From Chloroflexota bacterium (GTDB taxonomy: Bacteria; Chloroflexota; Dehalococcoidia; Lucifugimonadales; UBA3495): a DNA stretch of 64,000 bases. The position numbers were made by a program, and so were the translations under genes. Where the stretch lies: NCBI GenBank assembly GCA_028875055.1, contig JAPPGG010000014.1, positions 8,722 through 72,721 of the forward strand, given 5' to 3'. This document shows positions 29,232 through 39,664 of the stretch, piece after piece. The notes below the pieces were generated by a model, which had not been told where the DNA came from, did not search any database, and saw only the letters and a list, made by a program, of their open reading frames with translations. Every line of letters starts with the position of its first letter. The first letter of the stretch is position 1.

Positions 29232-29502
29232 TTGCCAACCTCCGCCTAGCATTCCGGCAACTCAACCCATATTAGAAGACTGCATAGCGTTTGGCAAGGA
29301 ATCTCGCTGTGCATACCGGGTCCTTCAATAATCCTTTCATACCTTTCTGGCGGGTGGGAGGGCTGGGGCGGAGTGCAATTCTGGCTTGGGGCTCCGCATA
29401 CCCTTGCACGAGGGATTTCTGGTTTCCAGCGGTCTAACTTGCAGCCACATTGTCGAAATGCTGAGCCTTCGGCAGAGCGAGGGGGTACTGCTCTCCTGGT
29501 TG

Positions 29503-29576
29503 CCGCCCATTTCTCTTGACCCAATTCTCCCCACCCCATCTGGTCCTCCCGCTGTAAAACGGGAAGAAATGGGCGG
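29503..29576. other. 12-bp perfect inverted repeat CCGCCCATTTCT ... AGAAATGGGCGG enclosing a 50-nt loop with an inner hairpin
   Basis: The arms are at 29503-29514 and 29565-29576. The inner hairpin is TCCCG-CTGTAAAA-CGGGA (29547-29564). The right arm is followed by a near-duplicate, GAAATGGCGG. Confidence 0.5.
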
Positions 29577-29720
29577 AAATGGCGGCAGGGAAGGTTTTTC
29601 GGCAGGCAGGCTCTGTTGCACTGTCTCGGCAGTAGCGCCCTGCAGGCCCCTCGTTCAGCCGGGCCCTGTAATCGTTGCCTGTGCTAGAATACCGGTCAAC
29701 ATCCATACGAGAGTGAGCCA

Positions 29721-30782
29721 ATGAACGTCATAGATTTGAGAAGCGATACCATCACCCACCCAACGGATGAGATGCGCCGGGCCATGGCCGAAGCCGAGGT
29801 GGGCGACGATGTCTATGGGGAAGACCCCTCCATCAACCTTCTGGAGCAGCGCGCCGCCGACCTGCTGGGCAAAGAGGCGGGACTCCTGACCGCCAGCGGC
29901 ACCATGAGCAACCTGGTGGCGGCTCTGACCTATTGCCACCGGGGCGACGAGATCATCATGGGCGACCAGGCCCACATGTTCTGGAATGAGTCCGCCGGCG
30001 TTTCCGCCCTGGCCGGAGCGCAGGTCAGACTGGTGCCCAACGACGAGCAGGGGCGGATTGATCCCCAGGACCTGTCCGCCGCCATCCGGCCCAGGGGCAA
30101 CGTGCACATGCCGCCAACCACCCTGGTGTGCCTGGAGAATACCCACAACCGCTGCAGCGGGGCCGCCCTGACACCTCAGGACACCAGGCGAGTGGCGGAC
30201 ATCGCCCACGAAGCGGGAGCCAGCGTCCACATGGACGGGGCCCGTATTTTTAATGCCGCCGTGGCCCTGGAAGTGCCTCCCAGCGAACTGGTAAAGGACG
30301 TGGACGACATATCATTCTGCCTGTCCAAGGCGTTGAGCTGCCCGGTAGGTTCTGTCCTTTGCGGCACTGATGAATTCATCGGAGAGGCCCGCAGGTGGCG
30401 CAAGATGATCGGTGGGGGGATGCGCCAGGCCGGGGTATTGGCCTCCGCCGGCCTGGTCGCCCTGGACACAATGATTGATCGCCTGGCCGACGACCACGCC
30501 AATGCCCGTCGCCTTGCCCAGGGCCTTGCCAACATTGAAGGTATTAACGTGGACCCGGACAGTATCCAGACCAACATCGTGATTTTCGAGATCGATCCCT
30601 CCGTAGGCAGCGCCCCCGAAGTGCTGGCTGCCCTGGCCGCCGCGGGCGTGAAGGTTACTCCTTCCCGGACCCAGACTCTCAGAATGGTTACCCACCGTCA
30701 GGTCGGCGGGGCGGAAGTGGAAGAAGCCCTGTCCCGGGTGGCTGAAGTGGTGGCCGATTTGAGGAAAGCCAACGCTCCTTAG
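29721..30782 (+). CDS. ltaE: low-specificity L-threonine aldolase
   Basis: [36 protein letters not shown] is the classic threonine aldolase N-terminus; 353 aa. Confidence 0.85.
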   Translation: MNVIDLRSDTITHPTDEMRRAMAEAEVGDDVYGEDPSINLLEQRAADLLGKEAGLLTASGTMSNLVAALTYCHRGDEIIMGDQAHMFWNESAGVSALAGAQVRLVPNDEQGRIDPQDLSAAIRPRGNVHMPPTTLVCLENTHNRCSGAALTPQDTRRVADIAHEAGASVHMDGARIFNAAVALEVPPSELVKDVDDISFCLSKALSCPVGSVLCGTDEFIGEARRWRKMIGGGMRQAGVLASAGLVALDTMIDRLADDHANARRLAQGLANIEGINVDPDSIQTNIVIFEIDPSVGSAPEVLAALAAAGVKVTPSRTQTLRMVTHRQVGGAEVEEALSRVAEVVADLRKANAP

Positions 30783-30851
30783 CGGATATCCATACCGGGA
30801 ACTCAGCAACACCCGGAACTAAATCATTCCTGAAAGACCGGAGCAACACCT

Positions 30852-31439
30852 ATGGCCGAAATAGCGCTAGACAAGTCCACTACCGCCCTGCTCATTGCCG
30901 ACTTTTACGCCGAAATGATGAGTTCGATCCCCCATGCCATCGACCGAGGCGTTGTATCCAGGACCCAGGCCCTGCAGCAGGCGGCCAGGGATGCGGGAAT
31001 CATGGTTTGCTATTCGGCGACGGTGTTCAGGCCCGGGTACCCGGAAATAAGCGAACGCAACAAGACCTTCAGCCAGCGCAAGGCATCAGGGCAGCCGGCC
31101 ATCAGCGACCCGATTCAGGTGATACACGAATCCGTCAGGCCGATAGAAGGGGAAGTGGTTGCGGGGAAGCACCGGGTCAACGCCATGTTTGGCACCGACC
31201 TGGAAATGTCCCTGAGGGCCAATAACATTGAAACGCTGATAATCCTCGGCTACGCTACCAGCGGCGTGGTGCTGTCCACCACTCGCTATGCTTCGGACGC
31301 CGACTTCCGGCTGATAATCGTTGAGGACTGCTGCTCCGACCAGGACCCGGAAGTCCACGACTTTCTGACCCAGCGCATCTTCCCCAGGCAGGCGGACGTC
31401 GTTCAGTCGGCTGATGTGATTCAGGCCCTTTCGGGCTGA
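30852..31439 (+). CDS. isochorismatase-family cysteine hydrolase
   Basis: 195 aa with an LLIADF start, a GYATSGVVLSTT region and a conserved C (EDCCSD). Confidence 0.7.
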   Translation: MAEIALDKSTTALLIADFYAEMMSSIPHAIDRGVVSRTQALQQAARDAGIMVCYSATVFRPGYPEISERNKTFSQRKASGQPAISDPIQVIHESVRPIEGEVVAGKHRVNAMFGTDLEMSLRANNIETLIILGYATSGVVLSTTRYASDADFRLIIVEDCCSDQDPEVHDFLTQRIFPRQADVVQSADVIQALSG

Positions 31440-32779
31440 TCCGCTCCGCCCTCTTCCCACCACCCGCGAAGACGCTCCTCGATTTCCCTTTCCCTGCCCT
31501 CTGTGGAAGGAAAATAGTAGCGAGCATCCCGCACCGCATCGGGCAGGTACTGCTGCTCGATGAAATGCCCGGGATGGTCATGGGCGTATTGGTAGCCTTT
31601 GCCATAGTCCATTGCCCGCATCATCCCGGTGACGGCATTGCGCAGATGTAGCGGAACCGGGTCGTTGGGCCTCTTACGCACGTCGTCCAGCGCCCGTTCC
31701 AGCGCCATGTAGGCCGTGTTGCTCTTGGGCGCGGTGGCCAGGTAAACGGTGGCCTCGGCCAGGGGAATGCGCCCCTCGGGCATTCCAAGAAAGTGGACCG
31801 CCTGCTGCGCGGCCACTGCGACGGGCAAAGCCTGGGGTTCCGCCAAGCCGATGTCCTCTGAAGCAAGAATCACCAGCCGCCGGGCGATGAATAAGGGGTC
31901 TTCGCCGGATTCCAGCATCCGGGCCAGCCAGTACAGCGCCCCGTCGGGCGATGACCCTCGCACGGACTTGATAAAGGCCGAGATGGTGTCGTAGTGTCCC
32001 TCGCCCGCCTTATCGTATAGCGGTGAACGCCGCTGAAGGGCATCGGAAATGATTTCTACCGTTATGCGGCCCTCGCCGCTGTCCTGCGAACTTACGGCGT
32101 AGGCGGCGGTTTCCAGGGCATTGAGGGCAACACGGGCATCGCCATTGGCAATGTTGACCAGGTGTGCGCGGGCCTGGGAGTCCAGCGCCAGGTGGAGCCC
32201 ATTCAGGCCCCTCTGACTGTCTTCCATTGCTCCATCGACGATGCTCCCTACTTGATCTTCGGTTAAAGCATTCAGGGTGAACACCCGGCAGCGGGACAGA
32301 AGTGGAGCATTGACCTCAAAGGACGGGTTTTCTGTAGTGGCCCCGATGAAAGTGACCGTGCCGTCCTCTACGTGGGGCAGAATCACGTCCTGCTGCGCCT
32401 TGTTGAATCGGTGAATTTCATCAACGAACAGGATAGTCCGCCGTTGATACATCCCCTGGCGTTCTCTGGCCTCAGCCACAATGCGACGCAGGTCGGCGAC
32501 CCCGGACGTAACCGCGCTGACGGGTTCAAAGTGGGCTTCGGTGGCAGTTGCCACCAGGCGAGCCAGGGTGGTTTTGCCACTGCCCGGGGGACCCCAAAGG
32601 ATGAAGGACGGCAGGCGGTCGGCAGCCATTGAACGGCGCAGCACACGGTCCGCGGCCAGTATATGGTCCTGCCCCACAAATTCCTCGAAGGTGCGGGGCC
32701 GCATCCGTTCCGCCAGCGGCGCCGCCGAAACGGACCGCTGCTGCCGCCCAAATTCAAAGAGTGAGTCGGACCTGGTCAA
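31421..32779 (-). CDS. rarA: replication-associated recombination protein A (AAA+ ATPase)
   Basis: [31 protein letters not shown] and a MgsA C-terminal domain; 452 aa. Confidence 0.9.
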   Translation of the reverse strand: MTRSDSLFEFGRQQRSVSAAPLAERMRPRTFEEFVGQDHILAADRVLRRSMAADRLPSFILWGPPGSGKTTLARLVATATEAHFEPVSAVTSGVADLRRIVAEARERQGMYQRRTILFVDEIHRFNKAQQDVILPHVEDGTVTFIGATTENPSFEVNAPLLSRCRVFTLNALTEDQVGSIVDGAMEDSQRGLNGLHLALDSQARAHLVNIANGDARVALNALETAAYAVSSQDSGEGRITVEIISDALQRRSPLYDKAGEGHYDTISAFIKSVRGSSPDGALYWLARMLESGEDPLFIARRLVILASEDIGLAEPQALPVAVAAQQAVHFLGMPEGRIPLAEATVYLATAPKSNTAYMALERALDDVRKRPNDPVPLHLRNAVTGMMRAMDYGKGYQYAHDHPGHFIEQQYLPDAVRDARYYFPSTEGREREIEERLRGWWEEGGADQPERA

Positions 32780-32785
32780 TGTTGC

Positions 32786-33799
32786 CTACTTGAAGTGGGG
32801 AATTACCTCTTCAGCAAAGAGCCGCATGGATGCGTGGACCTCCTCGTTGGGCACCAACCCACCGGTGGCAAACCAGCACATGATCTCGTCCGCGCCCAGC
32901 ATTTCAATGATTGATTCCAGCTTGTCGATTATTCGCTCGGGGCTGCCGATGGCGGAAAGCTCGGTAGAGACATGCTCGTAGGACAGGTTGCGGGTACGGC
33001 CGGTAATCACCCGCGAGCGGTTGACCTGGAGGTTTGACAGGTAATTTCGCACGCTGCCTTCAAAGCTCCGCGATGAACTTCCTGCCTCATCCCTGGTCGC
33101 ATGGATCAGCACATTGACGTTTACCTTTCTGGCGGCAGGATCGTGTCCGTGGGCCTTAAGCTCGTGCCGGTAGTGGTCCAGACCCGATTTCGCCCCCTCC
33201 AGGCTGACCACGATGGGAGCTATCAGGATATTATGCCCCAGCTCCCCAACCAACGGAAAAGTGTCGACGCTATTGGAAGCAATGTACACGGGAGGATGGG
33301 GTTGCTGGTAGGGCTTGGGCACCACCCGGACACCCGAGACCTGGTAGTATTTTCCCTCGTAGTTCAACTCGTCGCTGGTCCAGGCCTTGAGGACCATATC
33401 GAGGCCCTCGACGAACCGATCCCTGCCTTCCTCGACATCTACGCCGTAGCCCCGATATTGCTGCAGCATGGCGCCACGGCCCGTGCCTAGAATGGCTCGC
33501 CCCCGGGAAATCACGTCAAGGGTGGCAAATTCCTCCGCCAGCCGGACGGGATGGTGGAGCGGCATCAAGTTGACGGCAGTGGCTATCTTCAGGTTCCTGG
33601 TAGTCTGGGCTATCGCGGAACCCAGCAGCAGCGGAGCGGGCAGGACCGAAAACCGTGGATTGAAATGTACTTCCGCCAGCCAGACGGCATCGAAACCCAG
33701 TTCGTCGGCCAGCTGGGCCTGGGATATGGTGTCCGCGTACCGGTCGGCCGGAGACTGTTCATCGGCGCAGGGTAGCTGGTAGAAGATTCCAAATTCCAT
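32786..33799 (-). CDS. LLM-class (luciferase-like) flavin-dependent oxidoreductase
   Basis: MEFGIFYQLP...LADELGFDAVWLAEVHF is typical of the LLM family; 337 aa. Confidence 0.85.
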   Translation of the reverse strand: MEFGIFYQLPCADEQSPADRYADTISQAQLADELGFDAVWLAEVHFNPRFSVLPAPLLLGSAIAQTTRNLKIATAVNLMPLHHPVRLAEEFATLDVISRGRAILGTGRGAMLQQYRGYGVDVEEGRDRFVEGLDMVLKAWTSDELNYEGKYYQVSGVRVVPKPYQQPHPPVYIASNSVDTFPLVGELGHNILIAPIVVSLEGAKSGLDHYRHELKAHGHDPAARKVNVNVLIHATRDEAGSSSRSFEGSVRNYLSNLQVNRSRVITGRTRNLSYEHVSTELSAIGSPERIIDKLESIIEMLGADEIMCWFATGGLVPNEEVHASMRLFAEEVIPHFK

Positions 33800-33902
33800 T
33801 CCTCGCTCCTGGCTGGCTATGGCGGCAAATAGATCCGGCGAGCTTTTGCGCTGGACTCACAAACGACTTCAGGCCAGCTCGGTGTCACACACTTTCCGCA
33901 AG

Positions 33903-35516
33903 TTAAAGGGGAATGTTTCCGTGCTTTTTGGCGGGTACGCTGTCCCGCTTGTTGCGCAGCATTTCCAGGGCCCCAATAATTCTGAACCGGGTTTCGGCGG
34001 GATCAATCACATCGTCCAGAAAGCCCTGTCCCGCCGCGATGTAGGGGTTGGTAAACTTTTCCTGGTAATCTGCTATAAGTTCCGCCCTCCTGGCATCGGC
34101 GTCTTCGGAGCCTGCAATTTCTTCGCGGTAGATGATATTCACGGCGCCGTCCGGGCCCATAACGGCAATTTCCGCCGAGGGCCAGGCCAGGTTGATATCC
34201 GAGCGCAAGTGCTTGCTGCTCATAACGATATAGGCGCCCCCGTAGGCCTTGCGAATTATGACGCTTATCTTGGGAACGGTGGCTTCGGCGTAGGCGTAGA
34301 TCAGCTTGGCCCCATGGCGAATGATTCCCCCATATTCCTGGTCCACACCCGGCATAAACCCTGGCACATCTACCAGAGTTATCAGGGGAATGTTGAAACA
34401 GTCGCAGAAACGCACGAAGCGAGCCGCCTTGGCCGACGCGTCAATGTCCAGCACCCCGGCAAGATAGGAAGGCTGGTTCCCGATTATTCCCGCCGTGCTG
34501 CCATTGAAGCGCCCGAACCCTACCACTACGTTGGGTGCGAAATCGGGCTGCACTTCCATGAACTCTTCGATCGGCACCTCTTCCAGCTCTTCTTCTCCTC
34601 CGATGTCCACAATACGGTAGATAATGTCCCGTATGTCATAGGGCCGATTGGGCTCATCGGGTACCAGATATCGAAGATCAGGGTCAACACGATTCACCGG
34701 ATCGCCCAGGGGCAGCAGCGGCGGGTCGGCCAGGTTGTTGGATGGGAGGAAGCCCAGCAACCGCCTTACCTCTGCCAGGCACTCGTTCTCACTGTCATAA
34801 ACAAAGTGGGCTACCCCGCTGCGCGTCGCGTGAGACACCGCCCCACCCAGTTCTTCATGGGTGACTTCGGCTCCAGTCACTGCCTTGACCACGTCGGGGC
34901 CGGTGATGTACATCTGGCCGGTGCCCTTTACCATGAAAATGAAATCGGTGATGGCGGGAGAATAAACGGCTCCGCCGGCGGAGGGTCCCAAAATCACTGA
35001 AATCTGGGGCACCACACCCGAATAGAGAGTGTTTCGGAGGAATATGTCCCCGTAGGCCCCCAGGCTCATGACGCCTTCCTGGATTCGCGCGCCGCCGGAA
35101 TCGTTGATGCCCACCACCGGACAACCTGTCTTTCCAGCCATGTCCATTACCTTGCAGATTTTCTCGCCCACTACTTCTGAGAGTGAGCCGCCAAAAACGG
35201 TAAAGTCCTGGGCATAGGCGAATATCTGACGGCCATTGACCCTGCCATAGCCGGTGACAACCGCGTCTCCAAGGAACTTGCGATCTGCCAGACCGAAATC
35301 GGTCGTTCGGTGAGTCACAAAGGAGTCGATCTCCTGGAAGGTTCCCTCGTCCATCAGGCGGGTAAGGCGTTCGCGGGCAGTGAGCTTGCCTCGACTGTGC
35401 TGCTGTTCAATCCGCTGCTGCCCGCCCCCCAGACGGGAACGGCCGCGCATCTCCTGCAGGTTCTCAATTTTCTGGTCTATGACCCTCTTTTCGGTCGTCA
35501 CTGGCGCTCCTGGCAA
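33903..35516 (-). CDS. acyl-CoA carboxylase carboxyltransferase (beta) subunit, propionyl-CoA carboxylase/methylmalonyl-CoA carboxyltransferase type
   Basis: 537 aa. GGGQQRIEQQHSRGKLTARERL and two carboxyltransferase domains. Confidence 0.9.
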   Translation of the reverse strand: MPGAPVTTEKRVIDQKIENLQEMRGRSRLGGGQQRIEQQHSRGKLTARERLTRLMDEGTFQEIDSFVTHRTTDFGLADRKFLGDAVVTGYGRVNGRQIFAYAQDFTVFGGSLSEVVGEKICKVMDMAGKTGCPVVGINDSGGARIQEGVMSLGAYGDIFLRNTLYSGVVPQISVILGPSAGGAVYSPAITDFIFMVKGTGQMYITGPDVVKAVTGAEVTHEELGGAVSHATRSGVAHFVYDSENECLAEVRRLLGFLPSNNLADPPLLPLGDPVNRVDPDLRYLVPDEPNRPYDIRDIIYRIVDIGGEEELEEVPIEEFMEVQPDFAPNVVVGFGRFNGSTAGIIGNQPSYLAGVLDIDASAKAARFVRFCDCFNIPLITLVDVPGFMPGVDQEYGGIIRHGAKLIYAYAEATVPKISVIIRKAYGGAYIVMSSKHLRSDINLAWPSAEIAVMGPDGAVNIIYREEIAGSEDADARRAELIADYQEKFTNPYIAAGQGFLDDVIDPAETRFRIIGALEMLRNKRDSVPAKKHGNIPL

Positions 35517-35702
35517 ACTTGGGCATAAGCCGCATTTTCGGTATTTGAAAGGGGCTTCTTCAGGTTTGGCCCATTATAACCCATACCGGGCTATAATATT
35601 TTCCGGGACGGAATCCCCATGTACCCACCCTAGCCGCTGGCTCGAAGGCTCGCCGACTGCGCGCTTTCAGTGATAATTTTGCAGACCGAACCATTGGCCA
35701 GA

Positions 35703-36539
35703 ATGAACGTTGCCCGGGGTGAACCCCTGGTTTGGGGACGCCGGACGTACGTCATGGGCATTATCAACCTGAGCCCTGACTCCTTCTCCGGGGACGGCCT
35801 GGGGACCGATATTCCCGCCATTGTGGAGCAGGCGTTGAGATTCCAGGACGAAGGGGCGGACTTTCTGGACGTGGGAGCGGAATCCACCCGACCCGGCTCC
35901 TCACCCGTCACGCCTGAGGAAGAGATCCGGTTGCTGGCCCCGGCCCTGGAAGCGGTGGCTGAGGTGGCCAGAGTTCCGGTAAGCGTGGATACCTATAAGG
36001 CCCCGGTTGCCCGGTTTGCCGTGGAAGCCGGGGCTTCCATTGTCAACGACGTGTGGGGACTGAAAACAGACCCTGCCCTGGCAGAGGTGGTGGCTGCGGC
36101 CGGGGCTTCGATCGCGCTGATGCACAACCAGGAAGGGCGCCGCTACAACGATCTGGTCCTCGATGTAGCTGACAGCCTGAGAGCCTCGGTGCAGCTGGCG
36201 GTCCAGGCGGGTATTGTGCCCGAGAACATCATACTGGACCCGGGTATTGGATTCGGGAAAACCCCGGATCACAACCTGGAAGTACTGGGCAGGTTGTCCG
36301 AACTCAAGGAACTTGGGTTTCCTTTGCTGATTGGGACCTCCCGCAAGTCCACCATAGGCTTTGTCCTGGACTTGCCAGTGGACCAGAGGGTTGAAGGTAC
36401 CGCCGCCACTGTGGCGCTTTCCATCGCAGGGGGGGCGGACATCGTGAGGGTTCACGACGTGAGGGAAATGGTCCGGGTTTGCCGGATGACGGACTCCATT
36501 GTACGTGGCTGGAGACCCGAAGGTTGGGGACAGGGGTGA
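35703..36539 (+). CDS. folP: dihydropteroate synthase
   Basis: VMGIINLSPDSFSGDG and DVGAESTRPG motifs. The start is uncertain: ATG 35703 versus GTG 35670. Confidence 0.85.
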   Translation: MNVARGEPLVWGRRTYVMGIINLSPDSFSGDGLGTDIPAIVEQALRFQDEGADFLDVGAESTRPGSSPVTPEEEIRLLAPALEAVAEVARVPVSVDTYKAPVARFAVEAGASIVNDVWGLKTDPALAEVVAAAGASIALMHNQEGRRYNDLVLDVADSLRASVQLAVQAGIVPENIILDPGIGFGKTPDHNLEVLGRLSELKELGFPLLIGTSRKSTIGFVLDLPVDQRVEGTAATVALSIAGGADIVRVHDVREMVRVCRMTDSIVRGWRPEGWGQG

Positions 36540-37045
36540 CCCCGGTTACCACCGCCTACCTGGGTCTCGGCGCCAACCTGGGCGACCGCCTGGGAAACCT
36601 CAGGCAAGCTCTCGACATCCTTGGTTCAAACCCCGAGGTGAATGTTGTCGCCATCTCTTCCGTCTATGAGACTGAACCTTGGGGGCCGGTCGATCAGCCC
36701 AACTACTTGAACATTGCCGTCAAAATTCAAACCTCGCTGGACCCCGCCGAGCTGCTGGCAACCGCCAAAGCAATCGAGCAGGACATCGGGCGGATCCCAA
36801 CTGTGCGCTTCGGTCCCCGCTCCATTGACGTCGACATTCTCCTCTATGGCGACCTGGTAATTGACTGGTCAGTACCGGACCTGCAGATACCCCATCCGCG
36901 GATGAGTGAGCGAGCTTTCGTATTGGCTCCGCTGGCAGAGATTGCCGGAGAGATTGTTCACCCAGCCAGCAAATCCCCGATTGCCGACCTGGTAGCGTCA
37001 GTAGATGGGTTGGACGGAGTCTCGGCCTGGCCTGAATCTCTCTGA
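36536..37045 (+). CDS. folK: 2-amino-4-hydroxy-6-hydroxymethyldihydropterin pyrophosphokinase
   Basis: AYLGLGANLGDR and VYETEPWG motifs. GTG 36536 overlaps the folP stop (GTGA). Confidence 0.85.
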   Translation: MTPVTTAYLGLGANLGDRLGNLRQALDILGSNPEVNVVAISSVYETEPWGPVDQPNYLNIAVKIQTSLDPAELLATAKAIEQDIGRIPTVRFGPRSIDVDILLYGDLVIDWSVPDLQIPHPRMSERAFVLAPLAEIAGEIVHPASKSPIADLVASVDGLDGVSAWPESL

Positions 37046-37239
37046 CTTCAGTTCAGGACTTTCCTCGCCCCTGAAGTTGCACGAAATTGAGCGGCCTCCG
37101 GTTTCCCGCAAGCAAATTGGGAAAATTCCCTTTTTTTCCATTCGGCCGTCAATGGGACCAATCGGCTTAAGCCCGCGTGACTGGACCGGCCGGCACGTAA
37201 TTTCCACCAACTCTGAACTCCGATCGCTCAGGCGGGCAG

Positions 37240-37268
37240 TTGACAATCGGCGGGCGCTAAAGCATATT
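37240..37268 (+). promoter_or_regulatory. candidate groEL promoter TTGACA -17 nt- CATATT
   Basis: -35 at 37240-37245 and -10 at 37263-37268, about 120 nt upstream of the groEL ATG. Confidence 0.5.
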
Positions 37269-37284
37269 TGAGTTTGTGCAGAAT

Positions 37285-37301
37285 TCGTCGCAATGCGACG
37301 A
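37285..37301 (+). promoter_or_regulatory. perfect palindrome TCGTCGCA-A-TGCGACGA in the groEL 5' leader (operator or RNA hairpin)
   Basis: The 8-bp arms were read directly. They are flanked by near-direct repeats TTGTGCAGAATT / TTGTGCAATTT. This is not a CIRCE or HAIR consensus. Confidence 0.45.
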
Positions 37302-37389
37302 GCGATTCGTTGTGCAATTTGCTTACCCTAAAGAAAAAGTGTCGCAGCCCAGGGCTGCCGACGCAGTTATAACGGAGGTTAAGACAGGA

Positions 37390-39015
37390 ATGGCAGACAA
37401 ACAGCTTATCTTTGACGACCAGGCCCGGGCCAGCCTGATGCGGGGTGTGGAAGAACTGGGCAGGGTGGTAGGGTTAACCCTTGGACCCAGCGGCCGCAAC
37501 GTCCTCCTCAACCGTATGTGGTCTCTGCCGGTCGTCTGCAGCGACGGCGTAACTATTGCCAAAGAGGTTGAGCTGCCGGACGTTTACGAGAACATGGGCG
37601 CCCAATTGGTAAAGGAAGCCGCCGCCAAGACTAATGACGTGGTTGGCGACGGCACCACTACGTCGGTTGTACTGGCCCAGTCCATGGTAAGGGAAGGCTT
37701 CATGAACATCGCTGCCGGAGCCAATGGCATAAGCCTGAAGTCGGGTATCGACCGGGCAGTGGCAGCGGTGGTAAGCGAGGTCAACGGCATTTCCCTTCCG
37801 GTGGAGAACCGGGAACAGGTCGCCAGAATTGCGGCCCTCTCGGCGCATGAGGAAAGTATCGCGGACCTTATTGCGGAAGCTATGGACAAGGTAGGCCGCG
37901 AGGGAGTAATCACCATCGAGGAATCCAAGAGCATGACCGACGAGCTGGACTTCGTTGAAGGCATGCGCCTGGACCGGGGCTACCTCTCACCTCATTTCGT
38001 AACGGACGCGGAGCGAATGGAAGTGTCGCTGGACCAGCCGCTGGTGTTGATTACCGACACCAAGGTCTCCTCAGTCAACGATATTGTTCCCACGCTGGAA
38101 AAGGTGGCTCAGGCCGGCGGCAGGCCCCTGGCCATCATCGCCGAAGACGTTGACGGTGAGGCGCTGGCCACGCTGGTGGTCAACAAACTGCGCGGCACCA
38201 TCAGTTGCGTAGCCGTCAAGGCTCCCGGCTTTGGCGACCGCCGCAAGGCCCTGCTCGAAGACATTGCCATCATGACCGGCGCCACGGTCATCAGCAACGA
38301 TACCGGCCTCTCCCTGGACGCCGTGGAGTTCGAGCACCTGGGATCCGCTCGTAGAATATTGGCGCTGAAGGACGAAACCACCATCGTTGAGGGGCACGGA
38401 GCGCCGGAGGCCACCGAGTCGCGTGTTGCCCAAATACGGGTCCAGGTGGAAGAGACCACTTCCGATTACGACCGGGAGAAACTGCAGGAGCGCCTGGCCG
38501 CACTGGTAGGCGGGGTGGCCGTTATTCGCGTGGGGGCCGCAACCGAACCGGAGATGAACGAAAGGAAGTCGCGCACCGAAGACGCCCTGTCAGCCACTCG
38601 CGCGGCCGTAGAAGAAGGTATCGTGCCGGGCGGCGGTGTCACCCTTGTTCGCGCTGAGCAGGCTCTCGAGGACCTCCAGAACAGCCTGTCGGGCGACGTG
38701 GCCCTGGGAGTGCGTCTCGTCCGCCATGCCCTCTCGGCCCCGCTGCAGCTGATTTCAGCCAACGCCGGCCACCCCGGCCAGGTGGTGCTGGACAAAGTTC
38801 GGGATGGCGAGGGCGACTGGGGCTTCGACGCCGAGAAGGGTGAATTCACCCACCTGATACAGGCCGGCATTATCGACCCGGCCAAGGTCACTCGCTCGGC
38901 CCTGCAGAACGCGGGCAGCATCGCCGGGATGTTGCTCACCACCCAGGCAGTAGTGGCAGAGATTCCCGAGTTCAAGCCCTTGCCGCCTGACGTGCATGAC
39001 TTCATGCACGATTAG
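37390..39015 (+). CDS. groL: chaperonin GroEL paralog (divergent, no adjacent groES)
   Basis: [20 protein letters not shown] and [13 protein letters not shown] motifs; 541 aa. Start trimmed to ATG 37390, which follows GGAGG. It lacks the usual C-terminal GGM tail. Confidence 0.85.
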   Translation: MADKQLIFDDQARASLMRGVEELGRVVGLTLGPSGRNVLLNRMWSLPVVCSDGVTIAKEVELPDVYENMGAQLVKEAAAKTNDVVGDGTTTSVVLAQSMVREGFMNIAAGANGISLKSGIDRAVAAVVSEVNGISLPVENREQVARIAALSAHEESIADLIAEAMDKVGREGVITIEESKSMTDELDFVEGMRLDRGYLSPHFVTDAERMEVSLDQPLVLITDTKVSSVNDIVPTLEKVAQAGGRPLAIIAEDVDGEALATLVVNKLRGTISCVAVKAPGFGDRRKALLEDIAIMTGATVISNDTGLSLDAVEFEHLGSARRILALKDETTIVEGHGAPEATESRVAQIRVQVEETTSDYDREKLQERLAALVGGVAVIRVGAATEPEMNERKSRTEDALSATRAAVEEGIVPGGGVTLVRAEQALEDLQNSLSGDVALGVRLVRHALSAPLQLISANAGHPGQVVLDKVRDGEGDWGFDAEKGEFTHLIQAGIIDPAKVTRSALQNAGSIAGMLLTTQAVVAEIPEFKPLPPDVHDFMHD

Positions 39016-39078
39016 CGCAGCTGGCTGCCGGCCAACTCTGACAAATAGCCAGGAAAAATAGCCAAATTTGGCAATCGG

Positions 39079-39116
39079 AACGGGGAGCCAGCTTTCGCAG
39101 GGGCTCCCCGTTTCCC
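39079..39116 (+). terminator. rho-independent terminator after groEL
   Basis: AACGGGGAGCC / GGCTCCCCGTT is an 11-bp stem, followed by TCCCTT. Confidence 0.6.
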
Positions 39117-39130
39117 TTACCTGAAGACTC

Positions 39131-39664
39131 ATGCTAAACGGCGCCGTACTTGACCGGGACAACATTCGCCGACTAGTCCTCTCCCCTCCTGAAGGTCAGC
39201 TTCCGCTGGTCGAGGGTTGGGCGTCTCTGGACGAGCAGGTCCAGCCGAGCGGCATCGACTTTCGTATCCTCAGGATTGACCGGCTGTTAACCGCGGGCCG
39301 AATGGGAGTGAATGCCGACGACAGGACTCTTTCGGCAACCGAGACGGTGGGGTTCGGAAGCGACGGCTGGATATTCCTGGAAGCAGGTTCCTACCTGGTT
39401 ACCTGCTGTGAAATAGTGAACATGCCCCTGGACCTGATGGCGCTGGCGCAGCCCCGCTCCAGCCTGTTACGCAGCGGCGTCAGCCTCCCCACTGCGGTTT
39501 GGGACCCGGGTTACCGCGGCCGGTCGCAGGCCCTGCTTATGGTCCAGAATCCCGCCGGTTACCACATCCAACAATACGCCCGCTTTATGCAAATGGTCTT
39601 TTTCCGCCTTTCCAACCCTGCTCCCGAAGGTTACAGCGGCCGCTACCAGGATGAACGGCCATGA
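39131..39664 (+). CDS. dCTP deaminase/dUTPase-family protein (archaeal-type Dut-like)
   Basis: EQVQPSGIDFR, PRSSLLRSG and DPGYRG motifs resemble the trimeric dUTPase/dCTP deaminase fold family; 177 aa. Confidence 0.7.
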   Translation: MLNGAVLDRDNIRRLVLSPPEGQLPLVEGWASLDEQVQPSGIDFRILRIDRLLTAGRMGVNADDRTLSATETVGFGSDGWIFLEAGSYLVTCCEIVNMPLDLMALAQPRSSLLRSGVSLPTAVWDPGYRGRSQALLMVQNPAGYHIQQYARFMQMVFFRLSNPAPEGYSGRYQDERP

